Of a DNA stretch of 51,658 nt, positions 26,110 through 36,280 are shown piece after piece. Positions within the stretch are counted from its first letter, which is position 1. The number at the start of each line of letters is the position of its first letter. The stretch covers positions 43,572 through 95,229 of the forward strand of contig CAZZHU010000001.1 of NCBI GenBank assembly GCA_964654045.1. Reading direction: 5' to 3'. Made by a program: the position numbers and the translations under genes. The notes under the pieces are model-generated. The model saw nothing but the letters and a program-made list of their open reading frames with translations, did no database searches and was not told the DNA's origin. The stretch comes from an uncultured Leptospirales bacterium (GTDB lineage Bacteria > Spirochaetota > UBA4802 > UBA5550).

Positions 26110-28296
26110 TCAGAGGACTTCGAAGCCGATAAGGACAATATCGTCAGAAATATTTCCTGAACCGTGGAAACATATCGCCGCGGCTATGATTTCATCCAGG
26201 GCGTTGCCGAGCCGCATGGATCTGGTGGCGGTGACTATATCAAGGAACCGGTCATAGCCCAGGTAATCGCGGTGCGCGTCCGTTATTTCGGGAAGACCGT
26301 CAGTATAGAAATATACCCGGTCCCCGGGATTGAGCGTCATCTCGAGAGAATGATACGCGATATCGTTCGCCAGGCCGATCATGGTGCCGTGAATGTCCAG
26401 GTACCGCGCGGCCTCCTCACCGGCATGGTGGATGATCGGGGGCGGATGCCCGCCGCTTGCAACGGCAAGTCGCATGGGTTCCCCCTCGCCGCCATACTTG
26501 AAGATGCCGTACACGGCCGATACAAAATAGGAATGCATGTTCTCGTACAGATCGGCGTTAACGGCGGCCAGGTATGCAGACGGTTCGTACGCGTGCTTGC
26601 GCAGGTGCGTGGTGCTGATGGATTTGAGCAGCGAAAGGAAAAGCGCCGCGGTGATGCCGTGTCCCGTGACATCGCTCAGGAACATGGACAGGCCGCCGTC
26701 GGCCAGTTTCAGTATGTTGAAAAAGTCGCCGCCGACGGCTTCCAGAGGGCGGTACCGGAAATCGATCGCCAGGCGTTCACAGGCCGGGGCTTCCGAGGGG
26801 AGCAGGGCCCGCTGGATGATCTGCGCGGTCTTCAGGTCATGTTCGATAGTATCATTGCGTTCTTTCAGCTGACGGAGGCTCGACCGGAGCTCGTTCTCGA
26901 GGCGCTTGTGCTCCGTGATGTCCCTGGTTATTCCCAGAACGGCAACCGGCATGCCTTCGGCGTCCCTGATGAAGGATGCCCTGATCTCGACGTCGATCAT
27001 GGCGCCGCTTCGCGTGCGCTCTTTCATGGTGAGCGCGATTGACCGCGCGGGATCCCGTTCCCTGTCATTGGCCTGCTCCTCGGTCAATATTTTGAAAATG
27101 TGGTCAATGGACTCTTTATCAATCCGCTCTGTCAGCAGGAAGTGCTTGAATTCCCCGGGGCTCCATCCCGTTATCGCCGTCACCGATGGGCTCACATAGT
27201 TCAGTTTTAATGTTGCCAGGTCCAATATCCAGATAATGTCTGATACGTTTCCGGTAATGAGATTGAACAGTTCATTCGACTCCCGCAGGGCTTCGTTCAT
27301 GCGGGCCATTTCGCTGATGTCGTTGATTATCAGTATTCTTCCCGTGGTGATTTCCCTTGCCCGTATTTCTGATTGGCTGACCAGGATCGTCCGCTTTTCC
27401 CCGGGCCCGGCGGTCGTCGTCTGGTAATTGCTGTATATGTTGTCCGGGTTGTATCCGTCAATCAGCGATTCAACGCGCAGCGATGAGATTTTTACGCCGC
27501 CGATGTTCAATATTTTCACCGCGGCGCTGTTGATATTGAGTACCGACCCGGTGCTGTTCAGTATGAGGACGCCTTCTTTTGAGGATTCGAAAAGCTCCGC
27601 GGCGATATCGGTTATACCGGGGGTCAGGAACCGGTATCGGATGATGGTGTAGAACACGAAGATGCTCAGGATGACGCTCCATGAGACAGTGTATCTGACG
27701 CTACTTTCAAGTCCGGGCAATGCCGGGATGAGAAACTGGTTTACCGCCGCGAAAAGAATGGCTATGAATGTCCCCGCAAGCAGCGGTATGAGCTGCCTGC
27801 GCCGGACCGGGTCACGGGACATCTGCCGGTAGCGGAACGTCAGGGCCCATGAAACCACGATGGGTATGACGATCACCAGCACGGTTGCATGGGTAAAGAG
27901 AATGCCTTCGTTAAAACGCCAGCCCCAGGGATACCGCGAGAAACCGGAGACTATCAGCCCCGTGGTCGCGGAGATGGAGATTGCCAGTAACGATAACCCC
28001 AGGATTGCGTAGTAAAACAGGTCCCGCCGGCGCCGCAGAAACACGTACGTGAAATTCATGAACAGGAACCCGCTGGAATACCAGAAGACGGAAGAAAATT
28101 TGCTGAAAGGGACAATGAAGTAATCCTCAAGGGGAAGATGGAATGCGGCGCTGCAGAGGACCCAGAGGCTAATTCCCGCGGAAAACATCACGAATGACCG
28201 GTTGATCGGGTTGCGCATGTTCAACGCGATCGCATAGGACATGGTGAAGATGTTGACCAGGAACGCGATGAATGGCAGTATGAGGTAAGAGTTCAT
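26110..28296 (-). CDS. 7TM sensor - PAS - PP2C (SpoIIE-type) serine phosphatase
   Basis: About seven N-terminal TM helices, PAS-like segments, and a C-terminal SpoIIE pattern (GGDFFNILKL...LSDVTGHGITAALF...DGLPE...DDIVLIGFEV). Confidence 0.8.
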   Translation of the reverse strand: MNSYLILPFIAFLVNIFTMSYAIALNMRNPINRSFVMFSAGISLWVLCSAAFHLPLEDYFIVPFSKFSSVFWYSSGFLFMNFTYVFLRRRRDLFYYAILGLSLLAISISATTGLIVSGFSRYPWGWRFNEGILFTHATVLVIVIPIVVSWALTFRYRQMSRDPVRRRQLIPLLAGTFIAILFAAVNQFLIPALPGLESSVRYTVSWSVILSIFVFYTIIRYRFLTPGITDIAAELFESSKEGVLILNSTGSVLNINSAAVKILNIGGVKISSLRVESLIDGYNPDNIYSNYQTTTAGPGEKRTILVSQSEIRAREITTGRILIINDISEMARMNEALRESNELFNLITGNVSDIIWILDLATLKLNYVSPSVTAITGWSPGEFKHFLLTERIDKESIDHIFKILTEEQANDRERDPARSIALTMKERTRSGAMIDVEIRASFIRDAEGMPVAVLGITRDITEHKRLENELRSSLRQLKERNDTIEHDLKTAQIIQRALLPSEAPACERLAIDFRYRPLEAVGGDFFNILKLADGGLSMFLSDVTGHGITAALFLSLLKSISTTHLRKHAYEPSAYLAAVNADLYENMHSYFVSAVYGIFKYGGEGEPMRLAVASGGHPPPIIHHAGEEAARYLDIHGTMIGLANDIAYHSLEMTLNPGDRVYFYTDGLPEITDAHRDYLGYDRFLDIVTATRSMRLGNALDEIIAAAICFHGSGNISDDIVLIGFEVL

Positions 28297-28325
28297 GGCT
28301 ATCCTTATAACGCCGCTTTCCTCTT

Positions 28326-30425
28326 TTATCCTATCCGTATCCTCGCATCCAGGGCGACGGCGCCGGATCCGTCACCGAGGATTCGCACCGGATTGATATC
28401 CAGTTCCCTGATTTCCGGAAATGCCGCCATCAGGTGCGAGACCCGGTGAATCATATCCACAAACGCGTCTATGTTTCCCGCCTGTTTGCCGCGGGCGCCC
28501 TTCAGTATATGATATGATTTCAGCTCTTTCACTTTATCCAGTATCTCCCCGCGTCCGGTTGGGCAGAGGAGGAGTTTTACGTCTTTGAATATCTCGATGT
28601 AGATGCCGCCGTATCCGAAAAATATGACCGGCCCGAAGGACGCGTCCTGCTTGCCGCCGATGAACATGTCGTATCCTTCGCCGGCCATTTTCATGACCCT
28701 GACGCCGTTAAAACGGGCGTCCTTGTTATATGCGCCGAGATTCTGCCGGATGGTGTTGAAGCCTTTTGCCACGGCATCGTCATCGGCCGGGCCGACGAGG
28801 ACGCCGCCCGCCTCGGACTTGTGCAGGGCGTCCGGAGACACCACCTTCATGACCACGGGGTAGCCTATTCTTTTTGCCAGGGAGCAGGCCGTGCTGGCGT
28901 CTTTCGCCACGGCGGATTCAGCGACGGGAATAGCGAAGCCGGAAAGGAGATCCAGTGTCTCCTCGCCGGTATCGCCGGCATGGGCCCCGATCCACTGGCG
29001 TGTCCGATCCAGGTCAGCCGCGGCGGGAAGGGCCGCGTCGCCCGGTTTCTGCTCCTGCCTCATGTGGTAATCGCACTGCTTTTTCAGGGCGATCATCATT
29101 TCCTCGAACTCGTCGAAAATGGGGAAGTTGATGTTCTTCTTCATGGCGGATGTCGTTGTTGAAAGGCCGAATATGCACGCCCCAAGCGGTTTACCCGACG
29201 AGAGCATGGTGCCGGTCGCTTCCTTGGACAGGTCGGTGTGGAACATCTTGTAAAAGACGTCCTCGCCGCGGGGCATGTGGGGCCACTGGCTCACGAACAC
29301 GGCCCCGTCGATATTGTCGTTGTGCATCACTTCGTAAAAGATCTTCGCGTACAGGTACGGGTCGTAGATGTCGCCCATGTCAAGGGGATTGGAGAAGTTG
29401 ATGACGCCGGCGTTGGAGAAGCCCTTCAGCCCTTCATAGAACTCCCTTCCCGGTTCGGCGAAGCGGAACCCGATCTTTTCGCACAGGTCGGCCATCATGA
29501 CGGTGATGCCGCCGGCCGGGCTCATCATCATCAGCCGGTTGCCCCGCATGGACGGCAGGTCGAAGGCCTTGGCTATGCTGATGAATTCGTTGAAGTGCGA
29601 TATACGGATGATGCCGGCCCGCTCGAAGGCGGCGTTGATGATCTCGTCGTCATTGGACAGGGCGGCAGTGTGGCTCATGGCCGCCCGGCGCCCGGCCGTC
29701 GTGGTGTTCGACTTGAGGATCATGATGGGCTTATCTATCTTTTCGGCGGCCGCCAGGAGTTCCTTGCCGCGCGGGATGCTTTCCAGGTACATGCCGATGA
29801 TCTTCGTCTCCGGATCGCGGCCGAAGTATTCGAGAAAATCGACCTCGTCCAGGTCGAGCTTGTTGCCGATGCTGGCGAATTTCGCCATGCCCACGTTCTC
29901 GTCGGTCATGAAGTTCCAGAGCATGATGCCGACGCCCCCGCTCTGGGCTATGATCGAAAGGCCCCCCTTGGGAGGCGGAAAGGACGGAATGAAGGGCAGG
30001 CAGAGGCCGTTGGCCGTATTGGCAACGGTAAGGCCGTTGGGCCCGACGAAATGGATGCCATGCTTGCGCGCCTTATCCATCAGCAGGTCCGCCAGTTTCT
30101 GCCCTTCCTGGCTCAGCTCGTTAAATCCGCCGGAAGGGATGGCCATCCACCGGGTACCCTTTTGACCGCATTCTTCAACGAGATCGGGTATGAGCTTTGA
30201 CGGGACGAGTGCGAAGACCAGTTCCGGCACGATGGGGAGCTCGCTGACGCTTTTATACATCCGGATACCGTTTACTTCTTGATCATCGGAGCGCGGGTTG
30301 ACTCCCAGGATCCTCCCCTTGTATCCCCACCGGATGAGATTTTCCAGGACCAGCTTCGGTATGTTGTTCGGTTTTGAAGAGAGCCCCATGATGGCGAGCG
30401 ATTGGGGGTAAAAAAGTTTTTCCAT
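28326..30425 (-). CDS. ADP-forming acetyl-CoA synthetase / acetate--CoA ligase family protein (fused alpha-beta)
   Basis: N-terminal CoA-binding domain (PQSLAIMGLSSKPNNIP), a succinyl-CoA-synthetase-like middle part, and a C-terminal ATP-grasp (GYPVVMKVVSPDALHKSEAGGVLVG). Confidence 0.8.
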   Translation of the reverse strand: MEKLFYPQSLAIMGLSSKPNNIPKLVLENLIRWGYKGRILGVNPRSDDQEVNGIRMYKSVSELPIVPELVFALVPSKLIPDLVEECGQKGTRWMAIPSGGFNELSQEGQKLADLLMDKARKHGIHFVGPNGLTVANTANGLCLPFIPSFPPPKGGLSIIAQSGGVGIMLWNFMTDENVGMAKFASIGNKLDLDEVDFLEYFGRDPETKIIGMYLESIPRGKELLAAAEKIDKPIMILKSNTTTAGRRAAMSHTAALSNDDEIINAAFERAGIIRISHFNEFISIAKAFDLPSMRGNRLMMMSPAGGITVMMADLCEKIGFRFAEPGREFYEGLKGFSNAGVINFSNPLDMGDIYDPYLYAKIFYEVMHNDNIDGAVFVSQWPHMPRGEDVFYKMFHTDLSKEATGTMLSSGKPLGACIFGLSTTTSAMKKNINFPIFDEFEEMMIALKKQCDYHMRQEQKPGDAALPAAADLDRTRQWIGAHAGDTGEETLDLLSGFAIPVAESAVAKDASTACSLAKRIGYPVVMKVVSPDALHKSEAGGVLVGPADDDAVAKGFNTIRQNLGAYNKDARFNGVRVMKMAGEGYDMFIGGKQDASFGPVIFFGYGGIYIEIFKDVKLLLCPTGRGEILDKVKELKSYHILKGARGKQAGNIDAFVDMIHRVSHLMAAFPEIRELDINPVRILGDGSGAVALDARIRIG

Positions 30426-30449
30426 GGTATCCTCACATGTCAGTTTGTT

Positions 30450-31160
30450 CTAACAGCATTTCTGCTGTTTCCCTATCGGACACACGCAAACGCATATACC
30501 GCAGATGCTTTCGTTTTTTTGTATCCGTTTGTTTGCCAGCTCGCGGCACGTGTCCATGCATTTAAAAGCATCAAAGAAATCTTCCCGCTTCATGGAGATG
30601 TTCCATAATGCCCCGGTGGCTGCCTTCGCCGGGCATGCGTCCACGCACACACGGCAGCTGCCGCACCTGCTTTCATTGCAGGCATGACGGGTAACGGGAA
30701 AAGGCATTTTTACCAGGATGGAGGCAAGGCGGACGCGGGGGCCGAATTTTTCTGAAATAAACAGGTCTGTCTTGCCAATCCATCCCAGTCCGGCGCGTGT
30801 CGCCGCCATTTTATGAGAAAAATCATGGGTCAGGGTCCTGTGGTGCTCAGCGGTGAGTTCCCCGCTGGATACCGTGGGCTTGATCACGGCATGATCGATA
30901 TGCATGGCCCCCAGTTCTTTCGATAATTCGGCAAGGACCTCTGATAATTCCAGGTTTACCCGGTTATAATGACGGTAGTAATCTAGTGTAGGACCGTCGA
31001 CGAGTTGATCAATAATAGTGTTGTCCAGTTTTTTCCCGATGGAAATCGCTCCTGAATAATCCCGGTATGAATTATTCAGCAGGCCGGAAATATCCGCCAG
31101 GCCGAAGATGTATTCACCGCGGTCGGATATTATTTTATTTATAATCGATTCAAGCTTCAT
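30450..31160 (-). CDS. 4Fe-4S double-cluster protein, epoxyqueuosine reductase (QueG)-like
   Basis: AATRAGLGWIGKTDLFISEKFGPRVRLASIL followed by CGSCRVCVDACP and CGICVCVCP. It is shorter than canonical QueG. Confidence 0.55.
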   Translation of the reverse strand: MKLESIINKIISDRGEYIFGLADISGLLNNSYRDYSGAISIGKKLDNTIIDQLVDGPTLDYYRHYNRVNLELSEVLAELSKELGAMHIDHAVIKPTVSSGELTAEHHRTLTHDFSHKMAATRAGLGWIGKTDLFISEKFGPRVRLASILVKMPFPVTRHACNESRCGSCRVCVDACPAKAATGALWNISMKREDFFDAFKCMDTCRELANKRIQKNESICGICVCVCPIGKQQKCC

Positions 31161-31392
31161 GGCTGTTCCATAAATGATTTTAAATAAAACTCTTTCAGAT
31201 TATTGCTTAAAGCCATGTATACTAATCAGTCAATAATAAATATGAAATTCCGAGTGAGAACGTATCTGATGGTATGATAACTATTGCGGCCCTTGACACA
31301 TATGCATCCGGGCAAACGCTCATCCGGTGCAAGAATTGCCGTCACATGATAGTGACAGCGGATAACATGGCAGCGTGATATGGAAAGGCCGG

Positions 31393-31602
31393 TCAGTCAA
31401 CGGCTATCATCACATTGGAAGCCTTGACAACAGCGTATACGTCTTTACCGTCTTTCAGGTCAAGGGTGTCCGCTGATGACTTGGTGATGATTGATATGAT
31501 TTCCGTGCCGCCCGGGAGTTCGATGAATATTTCCGAATTGACAGAGCCATGGACAACTTTTTTCACTTTTCCTTTTAAGACGTTTCTCGCGCTTATTTTC
31601 AT
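31393..31602 (-). CDS. mop: Molybdopterin/molybdate-binding Mop (TOBE-domain) protein
   Basis: 69 aa. MKISARNVLKGKVKKVVHGSVNSEIFIEL...DVYAVVKASNVMIAV is the classic Mop/TOBE sequence. GAGGAGG lies upstream. Confidence 0.85.
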   Translation of the reverse strand: MKISARNVLKGKVKKVVHGSVNSEIFIELPGGTEIISIITKSSADTLDLKDGKDVYAVVKASNVMIAVD

Positions 31603-31655
31603 GGAAGGCCTCCTCGGGAATCAAGAAATTAAATAACAGTACCGGTGTTGATTGT

Positions 31656-31684
31656 AATGTATAACAGTATAATTGTAAAGTCAA
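31656..31684 (-). promoter_or_regulatory. Possible sigma-70 promoter of mop: TTGACT-N17-TACATT
   Basis: On the minus strand, -35 is at 31684-31679 and -10 at 31661-31656, with a 17-nt spacer, about 55 nt upstream of the ATG. Confidence 0.35.
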
Positions 31685-31760
31685 TAAATTTGATTGTTTC
31701 CTTAATAACAATGCAATGATGAAGTCCGATGCCGGCAGTCGCCGTGCGTGATTCGAGCGG

Positions 31761-33782
31761 TTAATGTTTGCGAATCCTGAGTTTCATCCTGAATTTTTCC
31801 AGGATGCTTCTGCTGGCTGTTTCGGCCGTCGGCGACAGGTCCGCTTCGGATGCTGCCGGTGTACCTGATTTTATAAACCGGGTGAGGATTTCCAGCACGG
31901 CGCCATCATCGATATCCTTGAGGGCGCCGTCTATGTGCTTCATGTCCACGGAAATGCCGATGGTATTATCAACAACATCGCTGCCGCTCCCAAGGAGGAG
32001 CAGAAGAACAGCCGCGCGGGCCAGTTTGATATGGTCGTATTCCTTTTTTTCGAGGTTGCGGATATTCTCGAACAGAACTTTTTCCGACATCTGCACCCGG
32101 TTGGCCAGCGTCTCCAGCAGGTTGATGGCGAACTCCGTGTTGTTTCTTACCAGGGCATTCAGGTTCTCCCGGTCCGCGACCGCTATGACGCAGTCTGTCA
32201 CGCAGCGGGCCGTATCGGCACGGACGTTTTTGCCGATGACCGCCATCTCGCCGAAGAGCTGTTCGTCATCGACGGTGTCAATGGTGATGATTTCACCGTT
32301 TTCTTTCGTCTTGTAAAAAATAACCGTCCCTTTTTTTAAAAGGAAGAATTCCGTCGCCTTGTCGCCCTCTGCGTAGATGATCGTGCCGGCCGGCATGACC
32401 CTGATGTCCTGCATGGTCGATATGGGGCGCATGAAAAGCTTGCGGATCGATTCGAATCCCGGCAGTTTCAGGTTGAACACGATGCCCTTGAAAAGGCGGA
32501 AGATGATGTACCTGACCAGAAAGGGGAAGAAGAAATGCGCCGGCTGGTTGACGAGCTTGATGACGGACCCCCGCGGGGCGTGCGGGTTGGCGTGGTTCTC
32601 CCATACTATAACGCTTTCCATTTCACCGGACGTGAATGAGGGGCACTCGAATCGAATTACCTTCCTGGTGCCGATGCCGTACGGCTCGGCGGTCCTGAGA
32701 AAACAGCTGGCTGCTGTGATGTCGTAGGTGACCAGTATCTCTTCAAACTCTCCGCCCGCTGTTACTTCGACGTCGGATATTATCGGTATTTTGATCTTGC
32801 TGTTCTTGAAGAAATTAGGATTAACCGCGCCGACGAGGATGAGGATCATGCTGATGGAGAAAGGGAATATGCCGAGCATGATGACCTGGTCCTGGTGCGA
32901 AATCTGCAGCTGCATCAGGTCGATGATTTCCATCCTGAAAGCGAGCCCGATGAGGGCGACAATCATGAAGATGATGACAGAAATAAACCGGAAGAGTCCA
33001 GGCCGCCACTGGAAGAAATTCTCCGGTTCGCGGTCCGGTGTTCCCATTGACTGCAGGATCCACCGCTCATACGACGGCTGATGCACGATGACGTGCCAGT
33101 CTTCAAACCGCAGGCCCATCGCCCTGATCAGGCCGATCGGGAGCATGGTCTGGGCCTGGGCCATGAGTATCTCCAGTATGATTACCAGGAAGATCAGCAG
33201 CGGAGAGGTCAGGTAGGATATGTACCCGCCGGCCAGGATAAACGTGTCAAACGCCCCGTGCAGAGAGATCGGTATTATGAGGGAGAGAACCGAATAGTAG
33301 ACGCGGTTTAACTTCGTCTCGCTCATCTTCCGGAGACCGAGGTAGTATCCCATGATCCCGCAGGTGGTCAGGTGCAGCGGTACGGAAAAAAGGATCCGTA
33401 CCAGGATGATCGACATGCCGAAATTCATGGCGTAGGAGACATTTTCAACAGCTGAAAAACCGATCCCGAACATCATGGAGGAAAGGATCGATTCCATGAT
33501 GCTGAAGTTGGGGTAATAATAATGAAGCAGTATGATAATGCAGAAAGCCCCGAGTTTCTCGATGGTGGCAGCTTTGACAAAACCCGCGAAAAGCGGATTA
33601 TTGATATTAATGTACGGCGCCAGGTAGGGTGAAACAAGCAGGATCACCAGGGCAAAGGCTATGCCGGAAAAAAAGCACTCCACATGCTTCAGGTATTCCG
33701 GCTTGAAGGTGAAGTACCGGAAATAGATCAGGTAAAAGACGGGTATCGGTATCAGTGCGATTAATATCTTTTCCCAGGTCAT
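31761..33782 (-). CDS. PrsW-family intramembrane protease domain fused to a beta-barrel (PilZ-like?) region and a cyclic-nucleotide-binding domain
   Basis: The multi-TM N-terminal domain carries a PrsW-like HGAFDTF motif. The C-terminal half has a cNMP-binding pattern (FFLLKKGTVIFYKTKENGEIITIDTVDDEQLFGEMAVIG..RADTARCV). Confidence 0.6.
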   Translation of the reverse strand: MTWEKILIALIPIPVFYLIYFRYFTFKPEYLKHVECFFSGIAFALVILLVSPYLAPYININNPLFAGFVKAATIEKLGAFCIIILLHYYYPNFSIMESILSSMMFGIGFSAVENVSYAMNFGMSIILVRILFSVPLHLTTCGIMGYYLGLRKMSETKLNRVYYSVLSLIIPISLHGAFDTFILAGGYISYLTSPLLIFLVIILEILMAQAQTMLPIGLIRAMGLRFEDWHVIVHQPSYERWILQSMGTPDREPENFFQWRPGLFRFISVIIFMIVALIGLAFRMEIIDLMQLQISHQDQVIMLGIFPFSISMILILVGAVNPNFFKNSKIKIPIISDVEVTAGGEFEEILVTYDITAASCFLRTAEPYGIGTRKVIRFECPSFTSGEMESVIVWENHANPHAPRGSVIKLVNQPAHFFFPFLVRYIIFRLFKGIVFNLKLPGFESIRKLFMRPISTMQDIRVMPAGTIIYAEGDKATEFFLLKKGTVIFYKTKENGEIITIDTVDDEQLFGEMAVIGKNVRADTARCVTDCVIAVADRENLNALVRNNTEFAINLLETLANRVQMSEKVLFENIRNLEKKEYDHIKLARAAVLLLLLGSGSDVVDNTIGISVDMKHIDGALKDIDDGAVLEILTRFIKSGTPAASEADLSPTAETASRSILEKFRMKLRIRKH

Positions 33783-33817
33783 GATGGTGCCGTTGTGATA
33801 GGTGCGCTACGGTCTTA

Positions 33818-34108
33818 TCACAGGATACCCTGGAGCGAGGAAAGCTGAAGAATCCGTCTAACGTTTTCAGAGCAGTTTACTATCGTAAGATTTTTATCAA
33901 TCTCTTTCAGTTTCTTTTTCAGCGTCAGGAGTGTTCGTATCCCGGAGGAGTCAATGTAATCAACAAGGGCGAGGTCAACTTCGACATCTTTATCGAAACC
34001 TGGAATGTTGGCTACCTTGTCGTTGAAGGGTTTCAGGGTCGTTGATTCCAGATTGCCTTCGATGCCTATTTTAATAATTTCGCCGGTTTGATTTATTTTT
34101 ATTTTCAT
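33818..34108 (-). CDS. STAS-domain anti-sigma-factor antagonist (SpoIIAA/RsbV-like)
   Basis: 96 aa. VDYIDSSGIRTLLTLKKKLKE contains the conserved phosphorylatable DSSG motif. Confidence 0.8.
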   Translation of the reverse strand: MKIKINQTGEIIKIGIEGNLESTTLKPFNDKVANIPGFDKDVEVDLALVDYIDSSGIRTLLTLKKKLKEIDKNLTIVNCSENVRRILQLSSLQGIL

Positions 34109-34436
34109 CTCGATCCTCTTGTATGTTGCCCCAACCTGCTTAATTCATAAGTAATATGATATTCTTTATTCTCAATCTGAAAAGTCAGGTGAGAAATATA
34201 AATCAGTCTGTAAAATATGAATAATAATCGAGCCCAAATTAATTATGAAGAATCCTAATAATAATAATGTTATATGTCAACAATCTTTATTTATATTATG
34301 CATTAATCCGTCCATCCGGTATTAAACGAAGATCCTTAAAAGCAGGGATGCTATTTTAACAATTTACATAAGGTCTTGGGCTTGACAAAAATCAGCATTA
34401 AAAAAGAGGATTTATGAAATTCAGAAGGAGGTCTGC

Positions 34437-36233
34437 ATGAGTAGCGAAAATATCGGTGCAATGATACGCGACAGCGTGAAAAAATTCGGTACAGCCATTG
34501 CCATGCGTTATAAAGAAAACGAGGTCTGGAAGGAAATAACTTATGTAGAACTGGGTGAGCGGATAAAAGAAGCTGCCAAAGCCCTTCTCGAGTATGATGT
34601 GAAAGAAGGGGAGATGGTTGGGATTTTCGCCCAGAATATGCCGGAGTGGTCCATCGCCGATTTTGGTATCCTATCCGTGAGGGGAATTTCGGTTCCCATC
34701 TATGCCACCAATACCGCAAAACAGGCGGAATATATTGTCAATGATGCGGAAATACGGGTATTATTCGTCGGCGATAAAGGACAGTATGACAAGATAACGT
34801 CATTTATTGATACATCAAAATATCTGAAGAAGATCATTGTTTTTGATGAGAAAACTCAACTTAAAGGAAACCATTCGATATACTTAAAAGATTTCCTTGC
34901 GCTGGGTAAAAAATCGTCAAAGGACCCCGTGGTTGAAGAAAGAACCGGACGGGGATCAGGTGATGACATCGCGACCCTGATTTATACATCAGGCACAACC
35001 GGCGATCCCAAGGGCGCGATACTCACCCATGGCAATTTTTCCCACCAGATGCGCGCCATAGATGAGCGTTTCTCGGTAGGCGTCGGCGACCGGAGCCTCT
35101 GCTTCCTGCCCCTGAGCCATGCCTATGAGCGTACATGGTCATACTACGTGTTCCGGACAGGCGCGGAGAACAATTATCTCGCTGACCAGAAGAAGATCGT
35201 GGAATACATGCCCGATGTGCGGCCTACCGCCATGGTCAGTGTTCCCCGTCTATATGAGAAAATATATTCCACGGTATTTGACAAGCTCAAAAAAGCGTCT
35301 CCCGCCAAGGCCAGGCTCTTTACCTGGGCCGTCAGGACCGGCAAGACATACCAGTATAAAAAGAAGGACAGGAAATTCGTCGGGCCCTGGCTCGCGGTGC
35401 GCCATGCCCTTGCAGACGCCCTGGTGCTAAAGAAGATCCGCGATGTCGTGGGCGGCCCGAAGAAATTCTTTTCCGCGGGCGGCGCGCCCCTCTCGATAGA
35501 TATCGAGGAGTTTTTCTTCGCAGCCGGGCTCCTGGTATGCCAGGGATATGGCCTTACCGAATCATCGCCCATGATCTCCTGCAACGCTCCGGGCAATTTC
35601 AAATTCGGGACCGTGGGCAGGCCGATCAGGGATTGTGAAGTGAAAATCGATGATACCGGTGAGATCCTCGTCCGCGGCGGCAATATCATGAAGGGATATT
35701 ATAAGAAGCCCGAGGCCACCGCGGAGACCCTCGTCAACGGCTGGCTCAAAACCGGCGATGTCGGCATTATCGACGAAGACGGGTTCCTCAAGATCACCGA
35801 CCGTATCAAGGACCTTATCATCACCTCCCAGGGCAAGAACATCGCACCGCAGCATATCGAGACACTGGTGGGGATGGATTACTATATCGAGCAGATTGCG
35901 ACCATCGGGGACAAGCGTAAATATGTGACCGCGCTCATCGTGCCGTCCTTCGCGGCCCTGGAACCATGGGCCAGGGAGAACAATATCGTCTTCAGCTCCC
36001 GCGAAGACCTGGTGAAGAATCCGGATGTCATCAAGTTCTATGAAAAACGGATTGCCGATCAGTCAAGGGATCTGGCCAATTATGAGAAGATCAAGCGGTT
36101 CACACTCATGCCGAATGAATTCACGCAGGATGGCGGAGAGTTAACGCCGACCATGAAGATCAAGCGGAAGGTGGTTGGCGAAAAGTATAAAGATATCATT
36201 GACACAATGTATGCCGGGGCATCCGGCGAATGA
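34437..36233 (+). CDS. Long-chain acyl-CoA synthetase (AMP-binding family)
   Basis: AMP-binding signature LIYTSGTTGDPKGAILTHGN, plus TGD..DEDGFLKITDRIKD and a C-terminal KIKRK. Confidence 0.85.
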   Translation: MSSENIGAMIRDSVKKFGTAIAMRYKENEVWKEITYVELGERIKEAAKALLEYDVKEGEMVGIFAQNMPEWSIADFGILSVRGISVPIYATNTAKQAEYIVNDAEIRVLFVGDKGQYDKITSFIDTSKYLKKIIVFDEKTQLKGNHSIYLKDFLALGKKSSKDPVVEERTGRGSGDDIATLIYTSGTTGDPKGAILTHGNFSHQMRAIDERFSVGVGDRSLCFLPLSHAYERTWSYYVFRTGAENNYLADQKKIVEYMPDVRPTAMVSVPRLYEKIYSTVFDKLKKASPAKARLFTWAVRTGKTYQYKKKDRKFVGPWLAVRHALADALVLKKIRDVVGGPKKFFSAGGAPLSIDIEEFFFAAGLLVCQGYGLTESSPMISCNAPGNFKFGTVGRPIRDCEVKIDDTGEILVRGGNIMKGYYKKPEATAETLVNGWLKTGDVGIIDEDGFLKITDRIKDLIITSQGKNIAPQHIETLVGMDYYIEQIATIGDKRKYVTALIVPSFAALEPWARENNIVFSSREDLVKNPDVIKFYEKRIADQSRDLANYEKIKRFTLMPNEFTQDGGELTPTMKIKRKVVGEKYKDIIDTMYAGASGE

Positions 36234-36251
36234 CAACATGATGGATTCGAA

Positions 36252-36277
36252 AGCGGGCCTTCAACGGGCCCGCTTTT
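36252..36277 (+). terminator. Rho-independent terminator
   Basis: AGCGGGCC-TTCAACG-GGCCCGCT (8-bp stem) followed by TTTT, 19 bp after the acyl-CoA synthetase stop. Confidence 0.75.
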
Positions 36278-36280
36278 ATA

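Noticed and set aside
31603-31760. Possible Moco riboswitch upstream of mop.
   Set aside because: The leader after the putative promoter is only about 50 nt and AT-rich, which is too short and unstructured for the roughly 140-nt Moco RNA motif.
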